Shown: one piece after another, positions 61,561 through 64,000 of the stretch | Layout of the letters: each line of letters opens with the position of its first letter | How positions within the stretch are numbered: the stretch's first letter is position 1 | Assembly (NCBI GenBank): GCA_964016885.1 | Contig: OZ024744.1 | Location: 35,278,001-35,342,000, forward strand | Direction of reading: 5' to 3' | Source of the DNA: Eledone cirrhosa | Lineage: Eukaryota | Length of the DNA stretch: 64,000 nt | Position numbers and translations under genes: made by a program | Notes under the pieces: generated by a model | What the model was told of the DNA's origin: nothing | The model's database searches: none | Seen by the model: the letters and a program-made list of their open reading frames with translations, nothing else

Positions 61561-61915
61561 TCTCTCTCTCCCTCTCTCTCTCTCTCTCATAGTAGTAATA
61601 GTTTAACTCTAGGTTACCCTTGATCTAACAGACCATTGATCAAAGGTATATTACTGCTGTAGCTAAACTGCCATTTATTTCAGTCATAGCGTAACTATGA
61701 CAACATTATTTAATGTGTCTTTTCTTAAGACTGTAATGGTTAATCATGAGGCTCATTTGGCAGTTATTTCTTGCAGGTTTGATGACCACACAAAGACTCA
61801 TGTTGTTTTTGTTGTTTAAACCTAGATCTGATCTAATTGGGAATGTCTTAATCAAAGGCATTCCAACTTTGACTGTCTTGACTTTTTATATATCTGGGAC
61901 TACATTATTGTTTAA

Positions 61916-62448
61916 ACCTTTACTCTTTATTTACTATTATATTTTCATGGTAAAGGCTTTATCTCACATAATACCGAAACTATTTTGATATTATTTATTT
62001 TGAGAACAATACGTTAACATCAGTATGAGAGGCTGGTTACAGCCAGTTTGAACAGAAAGAGGTGATAGCATTCTGGCCGGGTACAGCCAGTTTAAATACT
62101 AAAGGGTTAAGCTTCAGTTATATTATTAATCAGGTAATTAATCCATCAATCAGTTGGTTAATCAACTAATTCATTAACTTTCAATGCCTTTTCTAGATAT
62201 CCAAGGATTAGATGGTGGTCTTCAACTGCGTAATGGTTTAACCCTTTACCATTTACATTATTCTATATATACTATAAAGGCTTTATCTCACATAATTATC
62301 GCACATAATATGGAAGCTATGAGATTTTGATATTATTTATTTTGAGAACAATACCTTAACATCAGTATGAGTGGCTGGTTACAGCCGGTTTGAACAGAAA
62401 GAGGTGAGAGAAATCTGGCTGGATATGACTGGTTTAAATACTAAAGGG
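61916..62448. mobile_element. Two related piggyBac-like MITEs (61916-62106 and 62242-62448)
   Basis: TTAA|CCCTTTA..TAAAGGG|TTAA ends; shared internal sequence. Confidence 0.7.
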
Positions 62449-62954
62449 TTAATGTACATTAAGGCATGTTTGATTAGTTAAGAAGTTTGTTTTGCAACCA
62501 TTAAATTCCAGGTTCAATCCCACTGGATGGCATCTTGGGCAAATGTCTTGGGTCAAACGAAGCCTTAAAAGTAAAATTGAGTAGAGAGAAACTGTATGGA
62601 AGCCATGTCGCATTGATTCAGCTTGAGAATTATGTTAAGGGATCACATGTCTGTGGAATACTCAACCACTCACATGTTAATTTCATAAGCTGGAAGTTCA
62701 GTTGATGAACCAATTGAATGCTCATTACCAAAAAACAACAGTGGATCCACCTCAGTCATTACCCAATGTGTCATTCCTTTCTTTAAGACTGTATAGTGTG
62801 ATTTGAGGAAGTTTTGGCTGTCATTTTTAGCAGCCAATCATCCTCATAAAGGTTCCCTTCAATTGATCTTTGGTGATCAATATTTATATAAAAGTAAATC
62901 TATTTTTTAACCATTCTTCCATAATTGTCCATGAAATAATGGAATGAGCATTCA

Positions 62955-64000
62955 TTATCGTTGTCACCGTCGTCATCATTGTTGTTGTCACCGTCGTCAT
63001 CATCATCATTGTCACCGTCGTCATCATTGTTGTTGTCACCGTCGTCATCATCATCATTGTCACGGTCGTCATCATTGTTGTTGTCACCGTCGTCATCATC
63101 ATCATTGTCACCGTCGTCATCATTGTTGTTGTCACCGTCGTCATCATCATCATTGTCACGGTTGTCATCATTGTTGTTGTCACCGTCGTCATCATCATCA
63201 TTGTCACGGTCGTCATCATTGTTGTTGTCACCGTCGTCATCATCATCATTGTCACCGTCGTCATCATTGTTGTTGTCACCGTCATCATCATTATTGTTGT
63301 CACCGTCATCATCATCATCATCGTTGTCACCGTCATCATCATCATCATCGTTGTCACTGTCATCATCATCATCATTGTCACCGTCGTCATCATTATCGTT
63401 GTCACCGTCATCATCATCATCATCATTGTCACTGTCATCATCATCATCATTGTCACCGTCATCATCATCATCATCGTTGTCACCGTCATCATCATCATCA
63501 TCATCGTCACCATCATCATCATCATCATTGTCACCGTCGTCATCATTATCGTTGTCACCGTCATCATCATCATCATCATTGCCACCGTCATCATCATCAT
63601 CATTGTCACCGTCGTCATCATCATCATTGTCACCGTCGTCATCATCATCATTGTCACCGTCGTCATCATCATCATTGTCACCGTCATCATCATCATCATT
63701 GTCACCGTCATCATCATCATTATTGTCACTGTCATCATCACCGTCGTCATCACCATTGTCATCGTCGTCTTCATCATCGTTGTCGTCATCGTCTTCATCA
63801 TCACCATCTTTGTCATTGTCGTCGTCGACTTCATCGTCGTCAACTTTATCATTGTTGTCATTGTCCTAGTCATCTTCATCGTTGTCACCATCATCACCGT
63901 CATCTTCGTCGTAGTCATCATCGTTGTCGTCGCCATCGTCGTTGTCATATTCATATTCATCGTTGTCATCATCGTTGTCGTCCTCAGCGACATCTTTGTC
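62955..64000. repeat. (CAT)-derived 24/48-bp minisatellite grading into degenerate triplet repeat
   Basis: Units tgtcaccgtcgtcatcattgttgt and tgtcaccgtcgtcatcatcatcat alternate. Confidence 0.92.

Noticed and set aside
62884-63993. 369-aa M/T-rich and 302-aa S-rich ORFs
   Set aside because: Stop-free frames of a CAT-based minisatellite; no coding evidence.

Overview
AT-rich animal genomic DNA, most likely cephalopod (Octopus-like; inferred from the repeat content, not proven). It is almost entirely transposable elements nested in (TA)n microsatellites, and no host gene can be firmly called; most ORFs in the track are microsatellite or antisense artefacts. Recognisable elements: one intact full-length RTE LINE (APE+RT, 40505-43600), many copies of an RTE lineage with a PHD finger inserted inside its RT, a CR1 LINE, Penelope-like element (PLE) remnants (one Neptune-like, two Naiad-like), a Merlin/IS1595-type DNA transposon with TIRs, a Tigger fragment, a non-autonomous Helitron with a derived ~423-bp tandem array, two tRNA-derived SINE families and piggyBac-like MITEs. 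The most striking signal is non-coding: about a dozen sequence-unrelated short elements sit in TA tracts, are often head-to-head palindromes or partial tandems, and carry minimal type I hammerhead ribozyme motifs, some with compensatory base changes. This looks like a diverse population of PLE pseudo-LTR / retrozyme-like elements. All folds and coordinates were worked out by eye; element edges are approximate.
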